A stretch of 63,829 bases of DNA, the filler included, from Collodictyon triciliatum (Eukaryota), in assembly GCA_043381765.1 (NCBI GenBank). It is 8 parts of 8 records of this genome, joined end to end, with 100 filler letters (N's around TTAATTAATTAA, not from the genome) between each part and the next. Parts side by side here need not be neighbours in the genome. Positions count along the whole stretch, not along the records: positions 9,360 to 18,618 come from JBHJMP010003103.1; positions 18,719 to 27,975 come from JBHJMP010003104.1; 6 more parts are not named here. One strand, 5' to 3'. Below, piece by piece: positions 15,401-28,075 of the stretch. The translations under genes and the position numbers were made by a program. Below the pieces are notes generated by a model. The model had not been told where the DNA came from. It did not search any database and was given only the letters and a program-made list of their open reading frames with translations. How positions within the stretch are numbered: the first letter of the stretch is position 1; each line of letters begins with the position of its first letter.

Positions 15401-18400
15401 ATGAATTCATCATCACCCGAGACAACCTGTTGAAGTTAGTCTCTGTATTCTTTAGAATCAAGAGTGGTTTGCCCATCATCATCATGGTATGTCCTTGTTA
15501 CTGTAGCACCACATCGTATAATACTTTGAATTTCTTGTTACAAAACCAGCTCATTCTTGATTCTTTGTTGTCCAAACTGATTATTATTATTATTATTTTT
15601 TTTTTTACCTTAAGGGAGAAACTGGATGTGGTAAGACGAGACTCATCAAATTCCTATGCGATATTATGGAAGGACAAAGCTTCACTCTTGACGTGCACGG
15701 TAACATCAAATTTAAATACATAATAGCGAAGCAAATCTATATTAGTATATGATAATGCGGAAAAGCTGATTGTACTTTCCTCAACATCCACAAAAACAAT
15801 TTATATGCACCCAGGCGGTACCAAGGAACATGACGTGAAAGAAATTGTGCAGAAAGCCCGAGGTAAAAGGATTATAGAATCCCTCCCATTTCGAAGAGAC
15901 ATCAATTCTGAATATTGTTGCCATATTTTTTTTTGTTTTGTTATCTTAGCATCTTATTTTCGTCTCAGATGCTGCCCTGCAGAACCCCAAGCAGCAGATC
16001 TATCTGTTTTTCGACGAGATCAACACTGCAAATTGCATGGGTCTCTTCAAAGGTATTATACCAGCAATGGCATGTAATACAATTAGAAAGTGGAGTGCTT
16101 CCCTTTTCTTTCCTTTCTTAATCGAATTACGTCGATGACAGAAAAGAATACGTATTGAATAATTGCACTTTTTTTTTTTTTAAAAAAAAAATCTAGAATG
16201 TCTTTGCGACAGAAGCTGTGATGGAGTTCCATTCCCTCCCAACGTCGCTATTATCGGAGCCTGTAACCCATATCGCTTCCGCGTCGAAACTGAGAACCGA
16301 GCTGTCTCTGGACTCATTTTCAAGTACAATTCTCCACAAAATGCCTTGTTCAAGGACGAATTGCTGGATCGATTGGTTTATCTGGTCTACCCTATCCCGC
16401 CTGCCATGGCTATGCACGTTTGGGACTTTGGCTCCCTCTCAAGCGAGGACGAAAAGGAATATGTCTCTTCCATTGTCCGCAATCCAACTTTGAATGTAAT
16501 TTTTATGATATCATTATGATTATCATCATTGTACTTCCTCCTAAATAGTTATGTCAACTATGTTTGAGATGGGTGGTCATATTCAAACACGAATTTTCTC
16601 TAAAAAAGTTCAATACAAACCTTTGCTTTTTTTTTTTTTTAAAAAAAAATAATAAAATAAAATATACTTTGATTCACAAGCGAATTCATTTATCCTAGGA
16701 GGAAAACCAGAAGCTCTTCACCGAAATGGTTGTAAAAGCCCAGACTTTCTTACGAGATATATACAAGGACAATTCCTGTGTGAGTTTGCGAGATGTGCAT
16801 CGATGTGCCTCGCTGCAGAAATGGTTTATTTCACAGGATGTAGACAGAGTCAAATTCTATACAGAGGCCAATATCGCGGCAACTCAGAGACTTGACAAAG
16901 AGCTGAACTCTATGATACTCGCTCTTTCCTGTTGTTACTACTACAGACTCGGCGACAAAAACAGAACGGCCTTTGTGGCCAGCGTATGTGAGTGCGCCAA
17001 GCCCAAAGCCGACCCGAAAGGACTCTCATCCTTCAAGAGAAAAGTTGTGCTCAAGTTTGATGAAGCATCATATCTGAACGTCCTTAGTCAGGAGCAGCAA
17101 TGCTACATGCGAAACCTCGTTCTTCCCTCAAACACGTCTCGCAACTTTGCCCTCACTGAAAATCTCTTCCTCATGATTGTATCCATCTTCCGCCAAATGC
17201 CTTCTCTAATTGTCGGTAAACCTGGAAGCTCAAAGTCCTTCTCTATCCAAGTTCTCAAGAGCAACTTCAATGTTGAAAAGAAAAAGACAGGCTTCTTTAC
17301 CAAATTCTCGTCTCTGGTGTTCTACACCTACCAGTGCTCTCCTCTGTCTACTCCGAACGGAATCCTTGATGTTTACAATCGAGCCCACCACGGCCTGGCC
17401 GAGAACATCTTGCCTGTAGTCCTGCTGGACGAAGTGGGACTCGCCGAGCAAAGCCCCGAGCTTCCTCTAAAGGTTCTCCATTGGGTGCTTGACAAACCAA
17501 AGGTTGCCGTCGTGGGTATTTCCAATTGGGAACTGGACGCAGCCAAGGCCAATCGTATGCTGGTGCTCAACAGACCTGACCCTAGCATCCAAGACCTTCA
17601 CAAGACTGCTATTGAAATCCTTGGGTTTAATGCCAAGGAACAGCCTGCAAAGGTTGAGACTTTGAAAAAGATTTCCATCGCATACAAGACCGTTTACAAC
17701 GACTTCCAACCAAAGATTTTCGGACTCGACCCCACACAAGAAGTCAAGGGTAAGACATCGAAAGACGATTATTATGGACTCCGCGATTTCTACAACTTTG
17801 TCAAGTATCTTGAAAGACAGAACCAGGATGTTGCTTCGGAATCTGTCTCTGAGGCCATCTGCCGCAATCTGAATGGTGACCGTGTTTCTCGCTTGTTGGA
17901 GAAGTTTAATGTATTTAGACAAGAAATGGGCGTTACAGACTTGCACAAAATCCCAGTGGTTGACCTTGTTGCAAGGAACTTGACAGATCCCTTCGCTCGC
18001 CACCTGATGATAATCACAGACAACAATTATGGTCTTCAGTACCTGTTAGATGAAAAGAAACTCTCGCACAACAATACGAGAATCTTCTACGCTACAGACT
18101 ACCCAGACAACCACGACGACCATTACATCAGCAAAGTCATGTTCAACATTCGTGAGTGCATGGAAGCCGGAAAGTGTGTCGTATTGGTGAAGCAGCAGAA
18201 TATCTACGAGAGTCTTTACGATGTATTGAATCAGCACTATGTCGTGCTGAATCGCCGAAAGTACTGCTATCTTCCCATCGGTGCCCAATCGGAAGAGCTC
18301 TATGTTGTGGATGACCGCTTCAAATGTATTGTGATTGCCAACCAAGAGGAAGTCTATTCCCAGCCTCCTGATGGTCTGCCACCACCGTTCCTCAACAGAT

Positions 18401-18471
18401 TCGAAAAACAGCTCCTCACAGTAGAAGATTTATTGACGCCCGAACTATCTGAAGTCTGCACTAAATTAAAG
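9486..18471 (+). CDS. RNF213: RNF213/mysterin-like dynein-related AAA+ ATPase (internal fragment, both ends truncated, one internal gap)
   Basis: Long exons (9486-10222, 10545-12059, 12243-12503, 12805-13953, 14074-gap, 14892-15486, several short exons 15615-16495, 16699-18471). Motifs: GHPDY, SESPGYGKT, ITRDNLLKL...PIIIMGETGCGKT, LFFDEINT, ACNPYR, VSLRDV, VGKPGSSKS, YQCSPLST, VVLLDEVGLAEQSPELPLKVLH, VGISNWELDAAKANR, YESLYDVLNQHY, PPPFLNRFEKQ. Confidence 0.9.
10253..10385. repeat. (CCTATGT)n 7-mer tandem repeat in RNF213-like intron
   Basis: About 18 copies, degenerate at the 5' edge. It produces the spurious MSYVLCP ORFs. Confidence 0.95.
14744..14870. repeat. (A7CA-like)n A-rich repeat flanking an assembly gap
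   Basis: Repeated aaaaaaaca units, intronic. Confidence 0.85.
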
Positions 18472-18487
18472 GTAATATCTCGTTTTT

Positions 18488-18618
18488 TTCACCTTCACCT
18501 TCACCTTCGCCTTCGCCTTCACCTTCACCTTCACCTTCACCTTCACCTTCACCTTCACCTTCACCTTCACCTTCACCTTCACCTTCACCTTCACCTTCAC
18601 CTTCACCTTCACCTTCAC
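18488..18618. repeat. (CTTCAC)n hexamer repeat, intronic, at scaffold end
   Basis: It follows donor GTAAT at 18472 and produces the spurious (HL)n extension of the ORF. Confidence 0.95.
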
Positions 18619-18718
18619 NNNNNNNNNNNNNNNNNNNNNNNNNNNNNNNNNNNNNNNNNNNNTTAATTAATTAANNNNNNNNNNNNNNNNNNNNNNNNNN
18701 NNNNNNNNNNNNNNNNNN

Positions 18719-19006
18719 TCTAAACATAATCAAGCCCGCTACTTTCCCTCTCCCAAGGACTTCACCACAAGTCCTATCCTGAAAGGAATCCCTGGGCCTC
18801 TTATCAAGCCCCAGGGTTATTACCTCCTTTCTTCTTCCGTCTCATCTCATTTCTCTCCTTTCTCTATTCCCCATCTCTATACTCCTCTGATGGCACATCC
18901 GCCATCACTTTCTCTTTTTTTACCTTGGAATACTTGCTTGGTGGTTGGAAAAAAGATTGTTGGCACGGGCGCTAACAGCTAAGTCTGCCGTGAATAAAAA
19001 AAAAAA
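18719..19006 (+). mobile_element. Interspersed repeat copy 1, likely 3' end of a LINE/SINE
   Basis: About 290 nt closely similar to 28107-28393. It is pyrimidine-rich, contains the hairpin TGATGGC-ACATCC-GCCATCA, and ends GAATAAAAAAAAAAA. Confidence 0.7.
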
Positions 19007-19159
19007 GTGTCCTGCATGAACTAAATCAATCGTACAAATTAAACATTATATTGGTTTTTGATATAAAAAAGGCCACTGATTTGTATGGAAGTCAAGAGAA
19101 TACACAAAATATCTACTTTTAATATTTATTTTTAATGCTATTAGTTCAGTGAAGTCATT

Positions 19160-20590
19160 TAGATGAAAAAAATTACAATTTCACAAGGCCGAGTACATTC
19201 CAAAACATCGAGATAATCTCAATCAAACCACTCACAGGCATTCGGTGCATACCTAAAAGGAAAGAAGTTACGTTTTGAGTCTTTAATATTTATGATTTTC
19301 AAGGATTTACAAAGGGAGGAAAGTTCACATCCCAATGTCTTTCTCGTAGCAAAAATTGAGAGGTTTGTGTCATGGGTGTGAGCCCGAAGTAATCAAAAAA
19401 TTGGAATGGATTTGTAATAAAGTGTACATATTAATATATGTGAGTTTTCTTGTGATTGTTTGTGTGAAATATAAGCAGGGTTACCTATTCTTATGCAATA
19501 GTACTATATCGTGCCAAACACAAACCTTTCTTCCTGAGGTAATACTTGAGCAGCGTTGAAGTCGAGCGATATGTCCACGTAAAACTAATGAGCAGAGAAA
19601 TACGAAAATACTTGAAATCCTCTACAACAAACTCAAATAGCATGACTGCTGGATCGAATATATGAATGATGTATTTCATATTTTTGGGAGAATGTTTGAA
19701 TAGAACGACGGGCATAATATTCATCACACCAGTCTACCATTTTGTCTGCACCGTATCCGGTAGCGATTTTATCAGCGCGAAGAAGTCCTGCACCACGGTC
19801 GAGTGCCTGTCTGCAAAAGTCTTCGCAAATAAAGGCCAATAAAATTGAAATTAGAGAGGATGAGATATGATTGAGGATTAGTTGTCTGGATTTTTTCTAG
19901 AAGATAAAAGGGAGCATACGTGAGCTGGATGCAAAGAGAATACCATTTTATGGATAATTAAATGAATTACAATTATTTCTTTGTCTGGTTGTCTTCCGAT
20001 TCGGTTCATCGTCCATCTATAAAGCTCTTTCTATGAGACGCTTTTCAAGGGGTTTTCATATTGTTGCTCGTTGTGCTTCACGGTCTGTGTTATAATTTAA
20101 AAATAAATAAATCATAGCCAAAAGCATCCGATGCGTACATCCGGAGCAGTTTTTGTCTGAACTATTAGATTTTAATATCATATAATTCCAACGATTCCAT
20201 ATAATCTGATTTCATGATATCACAGAGATAACTAATCGATTAAATAAATATGCTACAAGAGAGCCAGATATGATATTTTGCGTGATTCTACTACCTTTCC
20301 CACTCGACGCTGCAATCGCTGCTTTGTCGCCTCTGTCTAATAAGCAACATTTGAAAAGTTACATGAGACTTGGTGGCTTATATTGTATCGTATAATGTAA
20401 GAATGATGCAAAAAACAAAAACAATAAACAATAAACTGAACAAGATTAGTCACGCTTTTCTCAATTCCAAGAGCTGTTGCTGACAGTCGTTTTGTGTATC
20501 TGTATGAACCAAATGGAAGAAGCATTCTCTGCAAACAGCCTGATTGTTTTTGGTCTCTTGATGGCCACCTTTTTCCTGGCATCGACATGT
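19160..20590 (-). pseudogene. CTU1: Cytoplasmic tRNA 2-thiolation protein 1 (CTU1/NCS6) unprocessed pseudogene
   Basis: Exon remnants: AIKRPK..CRECF (frameshifted), GDKAAIAASSGK (PP-loop SGGKD), TVKHNEQQYENPLKSVS*KELYRWTM (TAG 20031-20033), QALDRGAGLLRADKIATGYGADKM (GHNADD decayed), LRGHIARLQRC, P*HKPLNFCYEKDI (TGA 19370-19372), YAPNACEWFD*DYL (TGA 19219-19221). Introns are retained. Confidence 0.88.
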
Positions 20591-21247
20591 TAGCAAGATA
20601 TCGGAATGACGAAAAAAAAAAAGATAGAGAGAAATGAAAGAAGAGAAAAAGTGTATGTACAGATGAAGAGTCACGAAGATATTTTCACTTACAGCAAGAA
20701 CCTGCGAANNNNNNNNNNNNNNNNNNNNNNNNNNNNNNNNNNNNNNNNNNNNNNNNNNNNNNNNNNNNNNNNNNNNNNNNNNNNNNNNNNNNNNNNNNNN
20801 NNNNNNNNNNNNNNNNNNNNNNNNNNNNNNNNNNNNNNNNNNNNNNNNNNNNNNNNNNNNNNNNNNNNNNNNNNNNNNNNNNNNNNNNNNNNNNNNNNNN
20901 NNNNNNNNNNNNNNNNNNNNNNNNNNNNNNNNNNNNNNNNNNNNNNNNNNNNNNNNNNNNNNNNNNNNNNNNNNNNNNNNNNNNNNNNNNNNNNNNNNNN
21001 NNNNNNNNNNNNNNNNNNNNNNNNNNNNNNNNNNNNNNNNNNNNNNNNNNNNNNNNNNNNNNNNNNNNNNNNNNNNNNNNNNNNNNNNNNNNNNNNNNNN
21101 NNNNNNNNNNNNNNNNNNNNNNNNNNNNNNNNNNNNNNNNNNNNNNNNNNNNNNNNNNNNNNNNNNNNNNNNNNNNNNNNNNNNNTGCACAAGTTATCTT
21201 TCGATCAAAGTACTTTTGCGCATAACAAAGTCGCATATTAGTCTTAG

Positions 21248-22075
21248 CCAAGCGACCGCAGCAAAGGGCTTCGTCTTCGCCTCTGGACAAAGCGGAATGA
21301 ATCCCTCGGTGGACACTCCACAACCAAGCACTCCCTCACTTTCTTGCTTATCAAATGCAGAAAGAAAAACTCGTTGCATCAAAGTATTTCTCACAAACTC
21401 AACAAAATCCCTCACTCAATAAGCCAAACTGAAATAAAATATGTTCATCATCGCAGAAAACGGAGCTTGCAGCCGATGTCCAAAGTCCAAGCTCGCCAGG
21501 GTTTATCACAAACAATCAACTGCCCAAAGACACGCGTTTATATTGTTTTTTCAATATAGCTCCTCATCATGATAGAATACTATTCGAGTTATCTGTGTGT
21601 GCGTATACTGTGCCGAGTCACTTTCACGCCACTCAACAGGCACTCAGCCTGGTTTGGAGAATATGAAGGTCATCTGGAGACTAGCAGATATTTCTTGCAA
21701 ATGCTGTCAAAACCACTGTCCTTCTCCGTGAAACGAAAGACTTTGCGGTAATTAACGAAATCCACGTTCCATATATAATCATTCACTGGATAGATTATTG
21801 ACACATGCCATCACCAGAAAAGCTTGAATCCAAATCTCATTATTTGCAGTCATTTCATGTATATCATATATTTCGTATAGCCTATCTGATACCTTATTAT
21901 TTTTCTACTGATGTATCTTGTGTTCTTGGGAATCAGAGATGGCAAAAACTTTACAAGCATATAACTGCCAATTTATCAATCTTCATCGAGAAACCTCCCG
22001 CCCGCGCCTGTTATGCAGCCGTCAGTTTTCTTTGTGATGCCCATGTTGATATGGAATGCATCGCCGTCCTCAATC
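21248..22075 (+). pseudogene. RIDA: RidA/YjgF (endoribonuclease L-PSP family) probable pseudogene
   Basis: Exons: SQATAAKGFVFASGQSGMNP; a 43-nt exon ending VQARQ that breaks frame; LENMKVI.../ANAVKTTVLL split over different frames; PPARACYAA...VDMECIAVL. The 5' end lies in the N gap. Confidence 0.75.
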
Positions 22076-22584
22076 TCAAGGAAACACTATTGCATCGACC
22101 AATGGAAGAGCTAGCAAACACTCATACAAAAACCAGAATTAAAAAAAAAAATAGAAAAATGAAAAAATGATGAGATTTAGTGGCGTTGCATATGTGCTTC
22201 CTCCCTTATATAACGAATCTCAGTCTACCAAATAAGCTGTATTTCTATGAATCTTCAGTCTTTCCAGATCAAACGGATTTCTTCGATCAAGCAGAATCAC
22301 AAACTATCAAACAGGAAATCGCAGCAACTCACAAAGCAGGAAAGCCTGAGACGAAGCAGACTGAAACGCTGTATATCTGTTTTCAAAGCAAGCGTGTTGT
22401 GAAGAGCCCGGAATAACAGCAGCATAAATATTCTCTTTACTGCACATTGAAATACGGTGGAGAAGAAACTGATGTCGACTGCGTGGCCAACCTCGGGCTT
22501 TCCCAGCAACCGTTCGAGCCGATCGCCGGCATCACATCGTGTCCTTTGAGGATCTCGTCGAAATCACGGAAAAGAGTAAGAATC

Positions 22585-23005
22585 GAACTTTTCTTTTCGT
22601 TTTTTCTTTTGTTTTTGTTTTGTTTTTGTTTTGTTTTTGTTTTTGTTTTTGTTTTTGTTTTTGTTTTTGTTTTTGTTTTTGTTTTTGTTTTTGTTTTTGT
22701 TTTTGTTTTCCTTTCCTTTTTATTTTCGTTTTTGTTTTTGTTTTTGTTTTTGTTTTTGTTTTTGTTTTCCTTTCCTTTTTGTTTTCGTTTTTGTTTTTGT
22801 TTTTGTTTTTGTTTTCCTCTTCTTTATTCGTTTTCCTTTATTCGTTTTTCTTTCATTTTACTTTATTCATTTTCCTTTTCTTTTCGTTTTCTTTTTTCTT
22901 TTTTCTTTTTTACTTTTTTACTTTTTTACTTTTCTTTTCGTTTTTCCTTTTCCGTTTTTCGTTTTTCGTTTTTCGTTTTATTTTTCTTTTCCTTCTTTAT
23001 CTTTT
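22585..23005. repeat. (TTTTTG)n and T-rich low-complexity tract
   Basis: Hexamer array degrading into T-rich sequence. It is the source of the F/V/C/L-rich spurious ORFs. Confidence 0.92.
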
Positions 23006-23647
23006 CTTTACATATGCAACAAAGCATCGCTTCTTCCTTGTTTCACTATTAGTGTGTTTATTGTCAAAGAGCGACTATCTAAACCAGAGGAGTCATTCTA
23101 CACACACACGTCACATATCAGCTGTGCTTGGATATGAATCTTTATTTATTGCTGCCACTGTATACATCATGTTTGATGCAGTTTACATATCAATTATACA
23201 AAACTCGTGGCATACTCGTACCGATTATATCAAAAGTAAAGCACTCAAAAGCCCAGGCAATTATGAAAATCTGAAAACAAAAATTGCGATAAAAAAGAAA
23301 GCGGCAAATCAAGGAATGTCCATGACTGCAGAAGCTCATATATTGCAATATTCACGGCAAATGAATGACAACCGAGGCGAAAATATATCCTCACTCAAAC
23401 ATGCCTATCACCACAACGATGCTGCATCGCAAGAAGATTGAACTAGGACTGGATAAAACTGTGTGTGCAGCTGGGAAGTGTGTAACGCCATATAGAAGAA
23501 ATCGAAAAAATAAAATAAAAAGCATGTAAAATGGGCAAAAACACTATTTGGACTCCAAAGTTTCCATGTGTTGGTAACGCTGCTCGTTTGTATTGATATA
23601 TACATCAGCAGGCTTCTTGGCAACGAGATGGAACGATTTACGATGTG

Positions 23648-23910
23648 CCTGTACGCGAGGTTCTCTTTTTGCCATTTCCTTAACTTATTTTATTTTTCTA
23701 TTTCTGCAAGGTGGTGGAGTTTTTATCTTCGGTTTTCTAACCTTCGTTCATATGGACGCTCATTGACACCCGATTGGTGGAAAACCTGGTAATCAGGAAT
23801 TGCATCTCGTGGTTTGGCCTGTAGCCTGTGTCGTGTGCCTGCATGAGAGGTAAAGCGAGGTTTAATTTCTTTCTCAGCCTCTATCCGCATGTCTCTTCTC
23901 ACAAGGTCTG
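23648..23910 (-). pseudogene. Decayed exon of an unidentified charged (coiled-coil-like) protein
   Basis: Frame LVRRDMRIEAEKEIKPRF...PYERRLENRR*KLHHLAEIEK*NKLRKWQKENLAY is protein-like but has two in-frame TAA codons. Confidence 0.4.
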
Positions 23911-24224
23911 GGTAATGAATAATGTCAAGAGACTAGACAAGCTGTTGAGGAAAGACATAAAATAAACAACACTGTGAACTAAATAATGAAAAAAAAAATT
24001 AATGTTTGTGTCAACTTACGTTATTGTGTGAAATATGAAATCATTCATGAAAATATGCTGGTAATTTTCACTTTGCTAAATATTTTGACATAAGATATTA
24101 ATGTGGTCTTGGTCTGTTGTTTAATTGTTGTTATTTAATTATATTTATTAACTTCTTGATTTATTGTTTATATCATTATTGTTTTCTGCTGTGTGTGGAT
24201 GGATGGATGGATGGATGGATATGA

Positions 24225-24587
24225 GTGTATCTATGTATGTATCTATGTATGTATCTATGTATGTATCTATGTATGTATCTATGTATGTATGTATGTATGT
24301 ATGTATCTATGTATGTATGTATGTATGTATGTATGTATGTATGTATGTATGTATGTATGTATGTATGTATGTATGTATGTATGTATGTATCTATGTATGT
24401 ATCTATGTATGTATCTATGTATGTATGTATGTATGTATGTATCTATGTATGTATGTATGTATGTATGTATGTATGTATGTATGTATGTATGTATGTATCT
24501 ATGTATGTATGTATGTATGTATGTATGTATGTATGTATGTATGTATGTATGTATGTATGTATGTATGTATGTATGTATGTATGTATG
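24225..24587. repeat. (TATG)n/(TATC) compound microsatellite
   Basis: About 360 nt, preceded by (GGAT)n. Confidence 0.96.
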
Positions 24588-25371
24588 TTGTGACGAAATA
24601 TTTGTCCAAGTGCTATTAAATAAGTAAAAACAAACCGAACATCGAAAGCGACCTGGCATTTGTTGGCGGAGAAGCGCCACCCATTCTTAACGCTGCTTGC
24701 TTGATACAAACATGGTTAGTTGGCAGTGCGAGCTTTTTCTTTTTTATTTTCAACCCTCTCAATCGCAATAGAACCCCTTCGAGAACCAGCACAGGCACAG
24801 AAAGTGCTGCAGGTATTCCTCGAGAGTGATAGGATGCCCGAACCACGGAAGAGATCTTTGCAGTCGAGAGTGTTGTTCTTCAGCTTCGGAGAATTGCGAA
24901 CCCAACGGAAACCAGAGAATGGATGAAGTCTTTGACAAATATATCAGATTCGAAAAAACCAAATAATTTATTCTATCCACATTTGCATAAAGGATTTTAT
25001 ATGAAAATTATACAAAAATGGAAAATAAATTCAAAAGGAATTATACGAATGTGGGATATATATCATGCATCCTTTCTAACCGCTTTGATACAGTATAAGT
25101 TTCATACAGATGATGCAATAAATGTACTTACACAATTCCCACTGATTCAATCATATCTCAGTCTAAACAGACTAAACTTGAGCGTTTTGGTGGGTATGCG
25201 GCAGAAGAATTATTTCGCCTGCGTTGACCTTTCCTTTTTCGACAATTCGTTTCTCTATTACTGTGATGATGCAAACTCTAAAGCAGATAATATACTGAAA
25301 AGCCTCCAACACACACACACACCAAAGAAAATCCCCAATAAACAAATCCTTAAAACCCACCCACGCACACA

Positions 25372-27627
25372 GAATCTGCAGCCACAGCCACCCTCCGGTC
25401 CGACGGCTCGGTGCTATCCTCTGCTTCTGCTTCCCTCGTCTGCCCCGCCTCAGAATGCGCTGCTGCTGTGCGACTTAACATGTCCTTTCGAATCGGTAAG
25501 TGCAGTGACCTTTTTCTTTTTCCTTTTCCTTTACCTTTTCCTTTTCGTTTAATTCAATATTCTTTTTATTTTTCTTTTTAATTCAATTTTCCTTTTATTA
25601 TTTGTTCGTCATCATCTCATGACTAATATTTTTGTAGTCCGTTTGTCCTTCTAACCAGCTTCATTACCCTTCTGCATTGATATCTGAATTATATGAAAGT
25701 ATTCATATTTACGCTTTCCTTTCTGCATGTCGATCAATCTCGTCAATAAAATACAATTTTTAGAAGTTTCATTTGTTTTTGTGATTTATACCGAATCTCT
25801 CATACATATGCAATCCTAGCCGGTCACTTTATCAAGTGCGCATCAACGCCCACTCGACGCTTTATGCTTCAATTCGGCTCCACATCTTTTTGGATTCGGG
25901 AATCGATAATCCTGTTAAACAATTAAAAGACGTATAAACCAGTATATATGACACATTATCTACAATTTATGATTAAGTATCTGTAATGCAAACGTGTATT
26001 CATATATGTTTTATTTGGGTTATGATTAGTCGTTTCAAATGTGTACTGTTTAAAAGGACGTAATGCTGATTTGGGATATACTCCGAACCCCATATACACG
26101 TTTGTTATGATTAATTACGGTATGTTATATTATGAACATTATCCCATTTATTTTCTTATGTTCATTTAGAGTTGTTGTTTTTTTTTCATAGAAAATACAT
26201 TATCACCCAAAATTTTGATTCCTTTTCTATCATTATCATTGTTTTTGTTTTTATTGTTTACAAAGTTGATACAAAATCGCATCCCATTTCACGGGATTGT
26301 GGTGATGCATCCTTCATAACATTCGACCCAAGCGGAACCTTCGTCGGACTGGCCGCTGATAATACATTTGACATCTTTCAAGTTTCGGTAGACCTTGTAA
26401 TTTTTTTTTTAAAAAAAAATTCGTTTATTCATCCGTCAGAATATTCTTTTTATTGGTATTGAATTCCTTGTTATATGTTTCTTATTTCAAAACTCAGGGA
26501 GTGAAAAGTCTTTATCTGTCTATATCTAGCTACAAATCAATCTGATTCATATTTTAGACAAACAAGCATGTTATCCCTCTCGAAGGTCATGAACGAAGAA
26601 TCACATGCGCTGCGTTTGGAGGCAAAAAGGACGAGTTTCTAGTGACCTGCAGCGAAGATAGAAGCTTCAAAGTATGGAATCTCCTTCAGAAACAGCCTGT
26701 TTACCAAAGTGGTATTCTGTTCACATCGCCGTTGTTGTCCTTGGATATTGACCCAGACAATGAGCGATCTGTGGTGAGTTCAGCAGACGGAAAGGTTTCA
26801 TATATACACTGAGTTTTTCTGTTTGTTCTGTTATGCTTCTTTCATACTTGATTAATAATAGTAATAATAATAATCCACTCTCAATCTCCATTCATAGCTC
26901 TTTTATGTTTCATACCTCTCTCTATTTGAAGGAAATGCCAATCAACTCAACCACAATCATACTATAGAATATAATTTTGTCAATATTCAAGTAGTTGGTA
27001 TGGAGAATTCATAATGAAGGACTTTTATTTTGTGCATCTAGCTCAGATTCTACAGGCTAGACCCCAGCAACGGTCATGGAGGTCGCTGTCTCCGTGGATT
27101 GAACTTACATGCATGATTTTCAGCCAGGCTTTCCAAAGAAATCGATGGCCAAGCGGACTCCGGGCCTGTCGTGATATGGAGCGTTCCTCCCTGGAAACAA
27201 ATGGCATAATCAATTCCTGCAGAGGAATATTCTTCCCCCAAACCCCGAGGTGGACTGTCCCATTCTTTCCCTTCATTTCCTTCCTATCGCTGCAGACCAA
27301 ACACCATACCATAACGGCGAAGACGAAAGTATATTCGCTGTAGACCAGAAATTGTAATTTTCGTGTATTGATATATATGTGTGTGTTCATATTCACATTT
27401 GAACTGGTCAAAAATTCACTATACGCATAAATGTTGTGTTGTTTATTCCATCAAAATGCCACTTTCTTTCTCGTCTTTTTTAATGGGGTTAACTTCATCT
27501 TTTGCTCTAATGTATTTATCTTCCTTTATTTTCAGACAACGAGACTTAATCAAACTTGAAAACCAAAAAACTGGTTGAAACAACCGTTGGTCTTGTTCAA
27601 GTAGACTCCCAAACACAAGAGCCAGTA
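25372..27627 (+). pseudogene. WDR27: WDR27-like WD40 gene, 5' part, probably disabled
   Basis: Exon 26558-26793 LEGHERRITCAAFG...LVTCSEDRSFKVWNLLQKQPVYQSGILFTSPLLSLDIDPDNERSVVSSADGK matches WDR27 (SASEDRGFKVWD...SSVLSAYPLLSLFID). The next exon (LRFYRLD...) has in-frame TGA 27114-27116 and TAA 27207-27209. Confidence 0.7.
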
Positions 27628-27782
27628 TGTGTACTGAATTTTTTCATTTCTTTGGGAACATACGCATTATGTCCATAATATATTTTACTTTTTCTTTAAA
27701 TGAAAAGCAAATGAAGGAAGGAAAGTAGGAGCTCCTCGAATTTTATTGGTTGTTTACAAGGTGACCATGAAGCTTCTAAATT

Positions 27783-27975
27783 TCCTTTTTTTTCCTTTTT
27801 TGTTTTCCTTTTTTTTATTTCCTTTTTTTGTTTTTGTTTTTTGTTTGTTTTTTGTTTGTTTTTTGTTTGTTTTTTGTTTGTTTTTTGTTTGTTTTTTGTT
27901 TGTTTTTTGTTTTTTGTTTGTTTTTTGTTTGTTTTTTGTTTGTTTTTTTGTTTGTTTTTTTGTTTGTTTTTTTTT
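27783..27975. repeat. T-rich (TTTGTTTGTTT)n low-complexity tract at scaffold end
   Basis: Degenerate T/G repeat abutting the spacer. Confidence 0.9.
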
Positions 27976-28075
27976 NNNNNNNNNNNNNNNNNNNNNNNNN
28001 NNNNNNNNNNNNNNNNNNNTTAATTAATTAANNNNNNNNNNNNNNNNNNNNNNNNNNNNNNNNNNNNNNNNNNNN

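Noticed and set aside
19219..27209. Alternative genetic code, selenocysteine or stop-codon readthrough explaining in-frame stops
   Set aside because: All three stop types occur together with frameshifts and decayed motifs. Intact genes end in TAA, TGA or TAG and have no internal stops.
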